Shown: piece by piece, positions 1-9,044 of the stretch
How the letters are laid out: every line of letters begins with the position of its first letter
Numbering within the stretch: position 1 is the first letter of the stretch
Assembly: GCF_000012905.2 (NCBI RefSeq)
Contig: NC_007493.2
Span: 3,030,001 to 3,062,000, forward strand
From: Cereibacter sphaeroides 2.4.1
GTDB lineage: Bacteria; Pseudomonadota; Alphaproteobacteria; Rhodobacterales; Rhodobacteraceae
DNA length: 32,000 nt
Direction: 5' to 3'
The notes under the pieces: model-generated
What the model was told of the DNA's origin: nothing
The model's database searches: none
Seen by the model: the letters and a program-made list of their open reading frames with translations, nothing else
Program-made: the position numbers and the translations under genes

Positions 1-385
1 CGAGGATGCGAAGGGACAGGGCAACATTCTGCATCGAGAACCTCTCGGGACTGATGCGGAATGAACCGGATCGGCGGCCCGAAGTTCCGGGCCGCCGCGG
101 AGTCCGGTGGATGGCGGGAATGGCGATCTGGCGGCTGCCGCAGGACGCGCCTGACCTGTGCCCCCGATGGCGGCCGGGAAAGTTGACAGCCGTACAGATG
201 TCAGGGTGGGGCAGGGTGCCGAGCATCGCATCTCATCGGGGCTGGAGCCTGACCCGTCTGTCCGGCCGCAGGGGCTTTCCGCGAGGTGCCGGTGCCTCTC
301 CGATGACATGGTCCGATCTGAAAATCCACTTCATGCGAGCAGATGCTCTCCGACATGGTCGGAGCCGGGACCGAGGCGCAGGGCC

Positions 386-824
386 GACGGTGCCGTGTTG
401 CCGGTGTCGGGCCAGAGGGCGAGCCGCGGTCCCGGGGGCAGGGCGAGCGGTTGCCGGAGAGCGGGCGCAGAGCCGCGACGGTGCCGTGTTGCCGGTGTCG
501 GGCCAGAGGGCGAGCCGCGGTCCTGTGGGCAGGGCGAGCGGTTGCCGGTGAGCGTGCGCAGAGCCGCGACGGTGCCGTGTTGCCGGTGTCGGGTCAGAGG
601 GCGAGCCGCGGCCCTGTGGGCAGGGCGAGCGGTTGCTGGTGAGCGTGCGCAGAGCCGCGACAGTGCCGCGTTGCCGGTGTCGGGTCAGAGAGCGAGTTGC
701 GGTCCCGGGGGCCGGGCGAGCGGTTGCTGGTGAGCGTGCGCAGAGCCGCGACGGTGCCATGTTGCCGGTGTCGGGCCAGCGGGCGAGCCGCAATCCCGGC
801 GGCAGGGCGACCGCGCGGAGCCGC
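386..824. repeat. Tandem array of a 91-bp unit (4 full copies plus 1 internally shortened copy), non-coding
   Basis: The unit GACGGTGCCGTGTTGCCGGTGTCGGGCCAGAGGGCGAGCCGCGG... restarts at 386, 477, 568, 659 and 750. The period is exactly 91 nt and the full copies differ by substitutions only. The last copy lacks an internal segment and ends near 824. A degenerate partial copy precedes at about 371-385. Because 91 is not divisible by 3, the same peptide strings recur in all three plus frames of the ORF track. Confidence 0.95.
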
Positions 825-832
825 CGCAGGCC

Positions 833-849
833 TTTACGCGGCCTTTACG
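833..849 (+). promoter_or_regulatory. Putative KdpE (OmpR-family) direct-repeat box TTTACG-N5-TTTACG upstream of the kdp operon
   Basis: CCTTTACGCGG / CCTTTACGG are tandem, with TTTACG at 833-838 and 844-849, so the half-sites lie 11 bp apart. A third related copy CCCTTACGCGG lies at 876-886. The E. coli KdpE site likewise has two T-rich TTTAxA half-sites about one helical turn apart. The box lies about 80 nt upstream of the first kdp-operon ORF. Confidence 0.35.
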
Positions 850-925
850 GAGAAGCGCCCTATCCCGAATGGCGCCCTTACGCGGCTTCGGGCGAGCCTT
901 CGGCCATCCCATTCAGGAGCGGAAG

Positions 926-1009
926 ATGACCGATCTTGCCTATCTCGTTCTCGGCCTCGGAGGCTTCGCGGCCTTTGCCGCCCTCGTGGCGGCTCTCGGG
1001 CGCAGTTGA
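926..1009 (+). CDS. Small hydrophobic peptide (27 aa, [27 protein letters not shown]), a possible additional Kdp-associated membrane peptide
   Basis: ATG at 926 is preceded by AGGAG (TTCAGGAGCGGAAGATG). The product is one predicted TM helix. The stop at 1007-1009 lies 12 nt before the kdpF ATG. It is not in the ORF track because it is too short. There is no homology evidence. Confidence 0.35.
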   Translation: MTDLAYLVLGLGGFAAFAALVAALGRS

Positions 1010-1021
1010 GGAGAGCCACCG

Positions 1022-1108
1022 ATGTTCGAACCCATTCTGGGCCTTGCGGTTGCCGCGGGCCTCTTCGTCTATCTCGTGGCGGCGCTCGTCCGCCCCGACC
1101 GGTTCTGA
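1022..1108 (+). CDS. kdpF: K+-transporting ATPase subunit F (28 aa, [28 protein letters not shown])
   Basis: A strong SD (GAGGAGAG) precedes the ATG at 1022. The product has a single TM helix and ends in the KdpF-typical YL..AL.RP(D/E)RF. It sits immediately upstream of kdpA. Confidence 0.85.
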   Translation: MFEPILGLAVAAGLFVYLVAALVRPDRF

Positions 1109-1115
1109 GGGTCCC

Positions 1116-2771
1116 ATGTCAGAGATCTGGGGCCTTCTCCTCTTTCTTGCGGCGCTGGCGGGCGGCGGCTGGCTGCTCGGCGCCGGCATGGCGCGCCTTT
1201 ATGCGGGCGACGGCCTGCCCGCCGGCCGGCGTCTCCTCGGGCGGAGCGCCCGGCCGCAGGGCTGGACCGACTATGCCATGGCCGTGCTCGCCTTCAATGC
1301 CGCGGGCTTTCTGGCGCTCTATGCGCTGCTGCGGCTGCAGGGCCTCCTGCCGCTGAACCCCGACGGGGTGGCGGGCATGGCGCCCGACCTCGCCTTCAAC
1401 ACCGCGCTGAGCTTCGTCACCAACACCAACTGGCAGGCCTACAGCGGCGAGGCGCAGCTCAGCTACCTCGCGCAGATGCTGGGCCTGACGGTGCAGAACT
1501 TCGTATCCGCGGGCACCGGCATGGCGGTGGGCGTCGCGGTGATCCGCGGCTTCACCGCGCCGAAGGGAGAGAGCCTCGGCAACTTCTGGACCGACCTCTC
1601 GCGCTCGGTGCTCTGGGTGCTCCTGCCGCTGTCGGCGGGGCTCGCGCTCATCCTCATCCTGCAGGGCGTGCCGCAGACGCTGCTGGGCGCCGTGCGGGCC
1701 ACGACCCTCGAGGGGGCCGAGCAGATCATCGCCCGCGGCCCGGCCGCGAGCCAGATCGCGATCAAGCAGCTCGGCACCAACGGCGGCGGCTTCTTCGGGG
1801 TCAACTCGGCCCACCCGTTCGAGAATCCGACGATCCTGTCGGACCTCGTGCAATGCTACGCGATCCTCGTGATCCCGGTGGCCTTCTGCTTCCTCTTCGG
1901 CCGCATGGCGGGCGACGGGCGGCAGGGGCGGGCGATCTTCGCCGCCATGTCGGTCCTGTTCCTTGCGGGTCTGGCCGTCATCCTGTGGCAGGAGAGCGCG
2001 GGCAATCCGCTGATGGCGCTTTCGGGCGGCAACATGGAGGGCAAGGAGGTGCGCTTCGGCCCGATCCTGTCGGGCCTCTGGGCCGCGGCGACCACGGCGG
2101 CGTCGAACGGATCGGTCAATGCCATGCACGACAGCTTCCTGCCGCTCTCGGGGCTCGTGATGCTCGTGAACATGCAGGTGGGCGAGGTGATCTTCGGCGG
2201 TGTGGGCTCGGGCCTCTACGGGATGCTGCTCTATGTCGTGCTCGCGGTCTTCCTCGCGGGGCTGATGGTGGGGCGGACGCCCGAATATCTCGGCCGGCGC
2301 GTTGAGGCGCGCGAGGTGGTGCTGGCGGTTCTGGCCTTCCTGTCGATGCCGGTGGGCATCCTTGCGGGAGGGGCGCTCTCGGCCAGCATCCCCGCCATGG
2401 CGGCCTCGGTGCAGGAGGCGGGCCCGCACGGGCTGTCCGAGATCCTCTATGCCTATTCCTCGGCCACGGGCAACAACGGCTCGGCCTTCGCGGGCTGGAA
2501 TGCGGCCACGCCCTGGCAGACGACCGCGCTGGGCCTGCTCATGCTCTTCGGCCGCTTCGCGATGATCGTGCCGATGCTCGCCATCGCGGGATCGCTCGTC
2601 CGCAAGACGCCCGCGCCCGCCACGGCCGGCACCTTCCCCACGCACGGGCCGCTCTTCGTGACGCTGCTCGTGCTGACCGTCGCCGTCTTCGGCGCGCTCA
2701 CCTTCTTCCCCGTCCTGGCGCTGGGACCTTTGGCCGAACAGGCCGCCCTCGCCGCCGGACAGAGCTTCTGA
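1116..2771 (+). CDS. kdpA: K+-transporting ATPase subunit A (potassium-binding channel-like subunit)
   Basis: This is the in-frame part of ORF 936..2771, starting at [17 protein letters not shown] (ATG 1116, GAGGG SD). The 551-aa polytopic membrane protein contains TNTNWQ(A)YSGE and NGGGFF motifs typical of KdpA. It is followed by kdpB. Confidence 0.95.
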   Translation: MSEIWGLLLFLAALAGGGWLLGAGMARLYAGDGLPAGRRLLGRSARPQGWTDYAMAVLAFNAAGFLALYALLRLQGLLPLNPDGVAGMAPDLAFNTALSFVTNTNWQAYSGEAQLSYLAQMLGLTVQNFVSAGTGMAVGVAVIRGFTAPKGESLGNFWTDLSRSVLWVLLPLSAGLALILILQGVPQTLLGAVRATTLEGAEQIIARGPAASQIAIKQLGTNGGGFFGVNSAHPFENPTILSDLVQCYAILVIPVAFCFLFGRMAGDGRQGRAIFAAMSVLFLAGLAVILWQESAGNPLMALSGGNMEGKEVRFGPILSGLWAAATTAASNGSVNAMHDSFLPLSGLVMLVNMQVGEVIFGGVGSGLYGMLLYVVLAVFLAGLMVGRTPEYLGRRVEAREVVLAVLAFLSMPVGILAGGALSASIPAMAASVQEAGPHGLSEILYAYSSATGNNGSAFAGWNAATPWQTTALGLLMLFGRFAMIVPMLAIAGSLVRKTPAPATAGTFPTHGPLFVTLLVLTVAVFGALTFFPVLALGPLAEQAALAAGQSF

Positions 2772-2779
2772 GGCAGATC

Positions 2780-4807
2780 ATGTCCCGACATCCCAGACCC
2801 GAGGCACGGCTCGCAACCCTTGCGCCCGCAGCCCTCCGGCAGTCCTTCGTCAAGCTCGACCCGCGCAGCCTGTCGCGCAACCCGGTGATCTTCACCACGG
2901 CCGTGGTGGCGGGCCTGACCACCGTTCTCGCCCTCCCGGCGCTGGCGACCGACCTGTCCCGCGGCCTCACGGCGCTGCATATCTCGGCCTGGCTCTGGAT
3001 CGCGGTGCTGTTCGCGAATTTCGCCGAGGCGCTGGCCGAGGGCCGGGGCCGGGCCCGCGCCGACAGCCTGCGCGCAAGCCGCTCCGAGACGCCGGTCAAG
3101 CTTCTCGCCTCGGCCGAGGCCGCGCCCGCGAGCGCGACGCTCGTGCCCTCGGCGGGGCTCCGGAAGGGCCAGATCCTGCTCGTCGAGGCGGGCGACCTGA
3201 TCCCGGCCGATGCCGAGGTGATCCGCGGCGTGGCCTCGGTGGACGAGAGCGCCATCACCGGCGAGAGCGCGCCCGTGATCCGCGAGAGCGGCGGCGACCG
3301 GTCGTCGGTGACGGGCGGCACGCGCATCGTCTCGGACAGTCTCGTGCTGCGCGTCACCGCCGATCCGGGGCGCAGCTTCCTCGACCGGATGATCGCGCTG
3401 GTCGAAGGGGCCGAGCGCAAGAAGACCCCGAACGAGATCGCGCTGAACATCCTGCTCGCGGGGCTCACGCTGATCTTCCTGATCGTGGTCGTGACGCTCG
3501 AGCCTTTCGCGCGCTTCTCGGGTGCGACCATCCCGGTCGTGTTCCTCGCGGCGCTCTTCGTCACGCTCATCCCCACCACCATCGGCGGCCTGCTTTCGGC
3601 CATCGGCATCGCGGGGATGGACCGGCTGGTGAAGGCCAATGTCATCGCCAAGTCGGGCCGTGCGGTCGAGGCGGCGGGCGACGTGGACACGCTTCTGCTC
3701 GACAAGACCGGCACGATCACCTTCGGCAACCGCATGGCCGACCGGTTCGTGCCGGCCGAGGGCGTGAGCCTGCGCGAGCTGGCCGACCGCGCCATGCTGG
3801 CCTCGCTCGCCGACGAGACGCCCGAGGGCAAGTCCATCGTCGAGCTGGCGCGCGCTCAGGGGGCCACGGCGGTGCCCGAGGGGCAGGCCGTGGCCTTCTC
3901 GGCCCAGACGCGGCTTTCGGGCGTGGATCTGGGCGAGGTCGCGCTGCGCAAGGGGGCGGTCGATGCCGTCCTGCGCCACACGGGCCGGGTGCCCGATGCG
4001 CGGGTCGCGGCCGAGGTCGAGGCCATCGCCCGGTCGGGCGGCACGCCGCTGCTCGTCTCGGAAGGCAACCGGATCCTCGGCGCGATCCATCTGAAGGATG
4101 TGGTGAAGCCCGGTGTGCGTGCCCGCTTCGCCGACCTGCGCCGCATGGGGATCCGCACGGTGATGATCACGGGCGACAACCCCCTGACCGCCGCCGCCAT
4201 CGCGGCCGAGGCCGGGGTCGACGATTTCCTCGCCGAGGCCACGCCCGAGATGAAGCTCGACTACATCCGGCGCGAACAGGCGCAGGGCCGGATGGTCGCC
4301 ATGTGCGGCGACGGCTCGAACGACGCCCCGGCGCTGGCGCAGGCCGATGTGGGCGTGGCGATGAATTCGGGCACGCCCGCCGCCAAGGAGGCCGCGAACC
4401 TGATCGACCTCGACAGCGACCCCACCAAGCTCATCGAGGTGGTGATGGTGGGCAAGGAGCTGCTCATCAGCCGCGGCGCCCTCACCACCTTTTCGGTGGC
4501 CAACGATGTGGCGAAATATTTCGCCATCCTGCCGGCCATGTTCGTGGCGGCCTATCCGGGCCTTCAGGCGCTGAACATCATGCGTCTGGCCAGCCCCGAA
4601 AGCGCGATCCTCTCGGCCGTGATCTTCAACGCGCTGGTGATCGTGGCGCTGATCCCGCTCGCGCTGCGCGGGGTGGGTTATGCGCCCGCCTCGGCTGCGG
4701 CCCTGTTGCGGCGCAATCTGACGATCTATGGTCTGGGCGGACTGGTCGTGCCGTTCGTGGGGATCAAGATCATCGACATGGGCCTCGTGGCCCTCGGCCT
4801 CGCCTGA
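2780..4807 (+). CDS. kdpB: K+-transporting P-type ATPase subunit B
   Basis: 675-aa ORF with the P-type ATPase phosphorylation motif DKTGTIT, plus the TGDN and [10 protein letters not shown] motifs. Its position is between kdpA and kdpC. Confidence 0.97.
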   Translation: MSRHPRPEARLATLAPAALRQSFVKLDPRSLSRNPVIFTTAVVAGLTTVLALPALATDLSRGLTALHISAWLWIAVLFANFAEALAEGRGRARADSLRASRSETPVKLLASAEAAPASATLVPSAGLRKGQILLVEAGDLIPADAEVIRGVASVDESAITGESAPVIRESGGDRSSVTGGTRIVSDSLVLRVTADPGRSFLDRMIALVEGAERKKTPNEIALNILLAGLTLIFLIVVVTLEPFARFSGATIPVVFLAALFVTLIPTTIGGLLSAIGIAGMDRLVKANVIAKSGRAVEAAGDVDTLLLDKTGTITFGNRMADRFVPAEGVSLRELADRAMLASLADETPEGKSIVELARAQGATAVPEGQAVAFSAQTRLSGVDLGEVALRKGAVDAVLRHTGRVPDARVAAEVEAIARSGGTPLLVSEGNRILGAIHLKDVVKPGVRARFADLRRMGIRTVMITGDNPLTAAAIAAEAGVDDFLAEATPEMKLDYIRREQAQGRMVAMCGDGSNDAPALAQADVGVAMNSGTPAAKEAANLIDLDSDPTKLIEVVMVGKELLISRGALTTFSVANDVAKYFAILPAMFVAAYPGLQALNIMRLASPESAILSAVIFNALVIVALIPLALRGVGYAPASAAALLRRNLTIYGLGGLVVPFVGIKIIDMGLVALGLA

Positions 4808-4819
4808 AAGGAGCCTGCC

Positions 4820-5377
4820 ATGATGACCCATCTCCGCCCCGCGCTGGCGAGCCTTCTGGCGCTGAGCCTGCTGACCGGCGTGGCCTATCCGCTGGCCCTG
4901 ACCGGCATCGCCGCCGTCATCGCCCCCGACCGCGCCGCGGGCAGCCTGATCCTGCGCGAGGGGCAGGTCGTGGGCTCGGCCCTGATCGGGCAGGGCTTCG
5001 ACGGCCCGGGCTATCTGCATCCCCGCCCCTCGGCGAGCGACTGGAACGCGGCCGGCACCTTCGCCTCGAACCTCGGCCCGACCTCGGCTGCGCTGCTGGC
5101 CGAAGTGCAGGAGCGGCAGGCGGCTTACGAGGCCCGGAACGGTGCCTCCGCCCCGGTGGATGCGGTCACCGCCTCGGGCAGCGGGCTCGATCCCCATGTC
5201 TCGCCGGCCAATGCCCGGGCGCAGGCGGCCCGCATCGCCCGCGCCCGCGGCCTGGACGAGGCTGCCGTGCGCCGCCTGATCGAGGCCCATGTCGAGCCGC
5301 CGCTGCTGGGTCTCTGGGGGCAGGCGCGGGTCGATGTGCTGGCCGTTAACCTCGCGCTCGATGCGGCCGGGGCCTGA
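4820..5377 (+). CDS. kdpC: K+-transporting ATPase subunit C
   Basis: 185-aa ORF with AAAGGAG SD, an N-terminal TM helix, and the conserved ASGSGLDPHISP-type motif (ASGSGLDPHVSPANA). Confidence 0.93.
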   Translation: MMTHLRPALASLLALSLLTGVAYPLALTGIAAVIAPDRAAGSLILREGQVVGSALIGQGFDGPGYLHPRPSASDWNAAGTFASNLGPTSAALLAEVQERQAAYEARNGASAPVDAVTASGSGLDPHVSPANARAQAARIARARGLDEAAVRRLIEAHVEPPLLGLWGQARVDVLAVNLALDAAGA

Positions 5378-5380
5378 TCC

Positions 5381-8044
5381 ATGGCGGACGAGGATCTCCG
5401 TCCCGAACCCGAGGCGCTTCTGGCGGAAGCCGCGCGCGAGGGCCGGGGGCGGCTCAAGATCTTCCTCGGGGCGGCGCCGGGCGTGGGCAAGACCTTCGCC
5501 ATGCTCGAGGCCGCCCGCCAGCGGCTGCGCGAGGGTACCGACGTGGTGGCGGGCGTGATCGAGACCCACGGCCGCGCCGAGACCGAGGCGCTGGTCCATG
5601 ACCTTCCCGTGGTGCCGCGCCGCCCCGGCTACTACCGCGGCCGCATCCTCTCCGAGATGGATCTCGACGCGCTGCTGGCCCGGCGGCCCCGGCTGGCGCT
5701 GATCGACGAGCTGGCCCACACGAACCTCGAGGGCAGCCGGCACGAGAAGCGCTGGCAGGATGTCGAGGAGGTGCTGGCCGCGGGCATCGATGTGTGGACC
5801 ACGCTCAACGTCCAGCATGTCGAGACGCTGAACGATGCCGTGGCGCGGATCACCGGCATCCGCGTGCGCGAGACGGTGCCGGACCGGATCCTCGACACCG
5901 CCGACGAGATCGAGCTGATCGATCTCTCGCCCGAGGATCTGATCGCGCGGCTGCGCGCGGGCAAGGTCTATGTGCCCGAGCAGGCGGCGCGGGCGGTGCA
6001 GAACTTCTTCGCCAAGGGCAACCTGACGGCGCTGCGCGAGCTGGCGATGCGGGCCGCGGCCGACCGGGTGGATGCGCAGCTGCGCGAGCACATGGCCGCC
6101 AATGCGATCCCCGGCCCCTGGCCCGCGCAGGAGCGCCTCCTTGTCTGCGTCTCGGACAGTCCCGCGGCGCGGAATGCGATCCGGGCGGCCAAGCGGTCGG
6201 CGGATCGGGCGCGGGTCGAGTGGATCGCGCTGTCGGTGACCTCGCCCCGGATCGAGACCCTGCCCGAGGGCGCGCGCGACGATCTGGCGCTGGCCCTCCG
6301 GCTGGCCGAGCGGCTGGGCGCCACGGTGGCGAGCCTGCAGGCCGGCGGCGACGTGGCGCGCGAGATCCTCGATTTTGCGCGCCGGAACAATGTCCGCCGC
6401 ATCATCGTGGGGCGGCCCCGCCCCCGGTCCACGCTCCACGCTCTGGCTCACCCCTTTCGCGAGCGGGTGGCCGAGCGCCTGTTGCGGCTCGGGACCGAGT
6501 TCGAGGTGACGCTGGTCTCGGCGGAGCCCGGGCGCGCGCGGCCGCAGGCCCGGCGCCTGCCCGCCCTGTCCTTCCCCGCGACGGGCTGGGCGCTGCTCGC
6601 CACCGCGCTCGCCTCGGGCGCCGCCTGGGTCGTGGACCGGATGCTGCCGGTGGCGAGCCTCGCGCTTCTCTTCATGACGGCCGTCATCGTGGTGGCCACG
6701 CGCTTCGGCCGCTGGGCCTCGGCCCTGACCGCCGTCTCGGGCTTCTTTGCCTACAATTTCTTCTTCACCGAGCCGCGGCTGACCTTCACCGTTCACTATC
6801 GCGACCAGATCCTGACGCTGGGCCTGTTCCTCGCGGCCTCGCTGCTGACGGGGGGCCTTGCGGCCGAACTGCGGGCGCGGGTCGATGCGCAGCGCGCGGC
6901 CGCCGACCGGATGGGGAAGCTCTACGATTTCAGCCGGCGCGTCGCGGCCGCGGCGGCCTTCGACGATGTGGTCTGGGCCGCCGTCAGCCATGTGAGCATG
7001 ACGCTGGCCTGCCGGACGGTGCTTCTCGTGCCCGAGGGCGAGCGGCTTGCGGTGGCCGGGGGCTTCCCGCCCGAGGATCGGCTGGAGCTGCGCGACATGT
7101 CGGCTGCGCGCTACGCCTGGCAGCGGGGCGAGGAGGCGGGGCGCGGCTCGGCCACGCTGCCCGCGGCCGACTGGCTCTTCCTGCCGATCCGGGCGGGCGA
7201 GCGGCGGCTGGGCGTGGTGGGGGTGGCCTACGAGGGCGGGCGCAGCTTCTCGCCGGTGGACCGCCGCCTGCTCGATGCGCTGATCGATCAGGTGGCGCTG
7301 GCGATGGAGCGGGTGCGTCTGGCCGAGGATCTGGAGGGCGCGCGGCTGGCGGCCGAGACCGACCGGCTCCGGACGGCGCTTCTGTCCTCGGTGAGCCACG
7401 ATCTGCGCACGCCGCTCGTGACCATCATCGGCGCCGCTGGCAGCCTCGCCGAGCCGGGGGCGCTTCCGCCCGAGGCGCAGCAGGCCTTGGCGGAAACGAT
7501 CCGCGAGGAGGGCGAGCGGCTCGACCGCTACGTCCAGAACCTGCTCGACATGACCCGGCTCGGCCACGGGGCGCTGAAGCCGGCGGTCCAGCCCTCGGAT
7601 CTGGCCGAGCTGGTGGGTGCGGCGCGCACGCGCCTGGCCGCCGTGCTGCGCGGCCACCGGCTCGGGACCGATCTGCCGCCCGATCTGCCCGCCGTGCTGG
7701 TCGATCCGGTGCTGACCGAGCAGGTTCTGGTCAATATCCTCGACAATGCCGCGAAATATGCGCCTCCGGGCAGCCCGATCACTCTGGCGGCGCGGCTTGA
7801 CGCGGGGCGGGTGGTGCTGTCGGTTGCCGACGAGGGGCCGGGCATCCCGCCGGCCGACCGCGAGAAGGTCTTCGACATGTTCTACCGCGTCGCGGGCACG
7901 GACCGGCGGCGGGCGGGCACCGGGCTGGGCCTCGCCATCTGCCGCGGCCTTCTCGAGGCGCAGGGCGGCACGATCCGGGCCGAGGCCGCACGGCCGGACG
8001 GGCAGGGGACGCGCATCCTGCTGACCCTGCCGGTGGCGCCGTGA
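5381..8044 (+). CDS. kdpD: Osmosensitive K+ channel sensor histidine kinase KdpD
   Basis: 887 aa. It has an N-terminal KdpD domain with Walker A (GAAPGVGKT), a Usp-like region, four TM helices, a GAF-like segment, an H-box SHDLRTPL and a HATPase_c G-box (GTGLGLAIC). Confidence 0.96.
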   Translation: MADEDLRPEPEALLAEAAREGRGRLKIFLGAAPGVGKTFAMLEAARQRLREGTDVVAGVIETHGRAETEALVHDLPVVPRRPGYYRGRILSEMDLDALLARRPRLALIDELAHTNLEGSRHEKRWQDVEEVLAAGIDVWTTLNVQHVETLNDAVARITGIRVRETVPDRILDTADEIELIDLSPEDLIARLRAGKVYVPEQAARAVQNFFAKGNLTALRELAMRAAADRVDAQLREHMAANAIPGPWPAQERLLVCVSDSPAARNAIRAAKRSADRARVEWIALSVTSPRIETLPEGARDDLALALRLAERLGATVASLQAGGDVAREILDFARRNNVRRIIVGRPRPRSTLHALAHPFRERVAERLLRLGTEFEVTLVSAEPGRARPQARRLPALSFPATGWALLATALASGAAWVVDRMLPVASLALLFMTAVIVVATRFGRWASALTAVSGFFAYNFFFTEPRLTFTVHYRDQILTLGLFLAASLLTGGLAAELRARVDAQRAAADRMGKLYDFSRRVAAAAAFDDVVWAAVSHVSMTLACRTVLLVPEGERLAVAGGFPPEDRLELRDMSAARYAWQRGEEAGRGSATLPAADWLFLPIRAGERRLGVVGVAYEGGRSFSPVDRRLLDALIDQVALAMERVRLAEDLEGARLAAETDRLRTALLSSVSHDLRTPLVTIIGAAGSLAEPGALPPEAQQALAETIREEGERLDRYVQNLLDMTRLGHGALKPAVQPSDLAELVGAARTRLAAVLRGHRLGTDLPPDLPAVLVDPVLTEQVLVNILDNAAKYAPPGSPITLAARLDAGRVVLSVADEGPGIPPADREKVFDMFYRVAGTDRRRAGTGLGLAICRGLLEAQGGTIRAEAARPDGQGTRILLTLPVAP

Positions 8045-8727
8045 CCGGGCCCGCACGCATCCTGATCGTCGATGACGAGCCGCCGATCCGGCGCTTCCTG
8101 CGCGTGGCGCTCGAGGCCGAGGGCCATCGCGTGACCGAGGCCGCCAGCGTGCGCGAGGGGATCGACCGCGCCGCCCTCGATGCGCCGACGCTGGTGATCC
8201 TCGATCTCGGCCTGCCCGACGGCGACGGGATCGAGGTGCTCCGTACCGTCCGGGGCTGGTCGCAGGTGCCGGTGATCGTGCTCTCGGTGCGCAGCGACGA
8301 GGCGGGAAAGGTGGCGGCGCTCGATGCGGGGGCGCAGGATTATGTGACGAAGCCCTTTGCCACGAGCGAGTTCCTGGCGCGGATCCGCGCCCTCCTGCGC
8401 GACCGGTCGGGGCCCGCCGCGCCCTCGGTGATCTCGGTGGCCGAGCTCGAGATCGACCTCGCGGCCCGCAGGGTCAGCGTCTCGGGCACCGAGGTGAAGC
8501 TCACGCGGCGCGAGTTCGATCTTCTGCGGCTGCTCGCCTCGCAGGCGGGGCGGCTCGTCACGCAGGCGATGATCCTGCGCACGATCTGGGGGCCGGCGCA
8601 TGAGGAAGACAGCCAGTATCTGCGGGTCTATATCCGCCAGCTGCGCGCCAAGCTCGGCGACGATGCGGCCGATCCGCGCTGGATCTTCACCGAGCCCGGC
8701 ATCGGCTACCGGTTCCGCGGCCGCTAG
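8041..8727 (+). CDS. kdpE: OmpR-family response regulator KdpE
   Basis: 228 aa. The GTG start overlaps the kdpD stop (GTGA). It has a receiver domain (ILIVDDE...LDLGLPDGDG...KPF) plus a winged-helix output domain (GYRF near the C-terminus). Confidence 0.95.
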   Translation: MTGPARILIVDDEPPIRRFLRVALEAEGHRVTEAASVREGIDRAALDAPTLVILDLGLPDGDGIEVLRTVRGWSQVPVIVLSVRSDEAGKVAALDAGAQDYVTKPFATSEFLARIRALLRDRSGPAAPSVISVAELEIDLAARRVSVSGTEVKLTRREFDLLRLLASQAGRLVTQAMILRTIWGPAHEEDSQYLRVYIRQLRAKLGDDAADPRWIFTEPGIGYRFRGR

Positions 8728-8757
8728 ACAGCGCCGCGCGAGCAGGTCTTTTGACAT

Positions 8758-8781
8758 GAAAAAGGCCCGCCGAAGCGGGCC
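8758..8781 (-). terminator. Rho-independent terminator of the csbD-like gene
   Basis: GGCCCGC-CGAA-GCGGGCC hairpin at 8764-8781. On the minus strand it is followed by TTTTTC (the plus-strand A-run at 8758-8763). It lies 23 nt downstream of the csbD-like stop. Confidence 0.8.
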
Positions 8782-8803
8782 CTGTCGTGCGTCTCAGGTG
8801 ACC

Positions 8804-9001
8804 TCAGAGGCCGCGCATCCAGTCGTCGACCTTGCGCTCGGCGTCGGCCTTGTTGTCGCCGTATTTCGTCTGGAGGAGGCCCACCATGCGCTCACGGTCG
8901 CCGTCCACCTGCTCCAGCTCGTCGTCGGTGAGCTCGCCCCACTTGGCGCGGGCCTCGCCCTTGATCTGCTTCCAGCGGCCGGCAATCTGATCCCAATTCA
9001 T
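8804..9001 (-). CDS. CsbD-family general stress protein (65 aa)
   Basis: Part of ORF 8804..9028. The start is assigned to MNWDQIAGRWKQ (ATG 9001) because AAGGAGTG lies 6 nt upstream. The sequence NWDQI.G.WKQ.KG....WG.LTDDEL..V.G.R..L.G.LQ..YG is the CsbD signature. Confidence 0.9.
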   Translation of the reverse strand: MNWDQIAGRWKQIKGEARAKWGELTDDELEQVDGDRERMVGLLQTKYGDNKADAERKVDDWMRGL

Positions 9002-9044
9002 GTCAATCACTCCTTGTACTGTTCCCATATCGGGCTGCCGGGGA

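Noticed and set aside
183-211. Consensus sigma-70 -35 hexamer TTGACA at 183-188
   Set aside because: The hexamer 17 nt downstream is GTGGGG, so there is no -10-like element. It is part of a short TGACA-N10-TGTCA inverted repeat of unclear meaning, and the evidence is insufficient to call a promoter.
386-824. CRISPR array interpretation of the repeats
   Set aside because: The copies are directly adjacent with no unique spacers, the unit is 91 bp, and no cas genes or leader are present. This is a tandem repeat and not a CRISPR array.
6-1356. Overlapping ORFs across the repeat array (6..551, 158..733, 343..642, 633..929 and 697..1356 on the plus strand; 233..793 and 685..912 on the minus strand)
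   Set aside because: They are produced by the 91-bp repeat, whose unit is not a multiple of 3, so the same Cys/Arg/Gly-rich motif cycles through all frames. No SD or plausible protein features are present.
2453-8056. 1867-aa ORF on the minus strand, the longest in the track
   Set aside because: It lies entirely antisense to kdpA, kdpB, kdpC and kdpD, all of which have unmistakable family motifs. The translation is low-complexity and rich in Arg, Gly, Pro and Ala, with no recognisable domain. This is the typical stop-codon-poor antisense frame of high-GC DNA.
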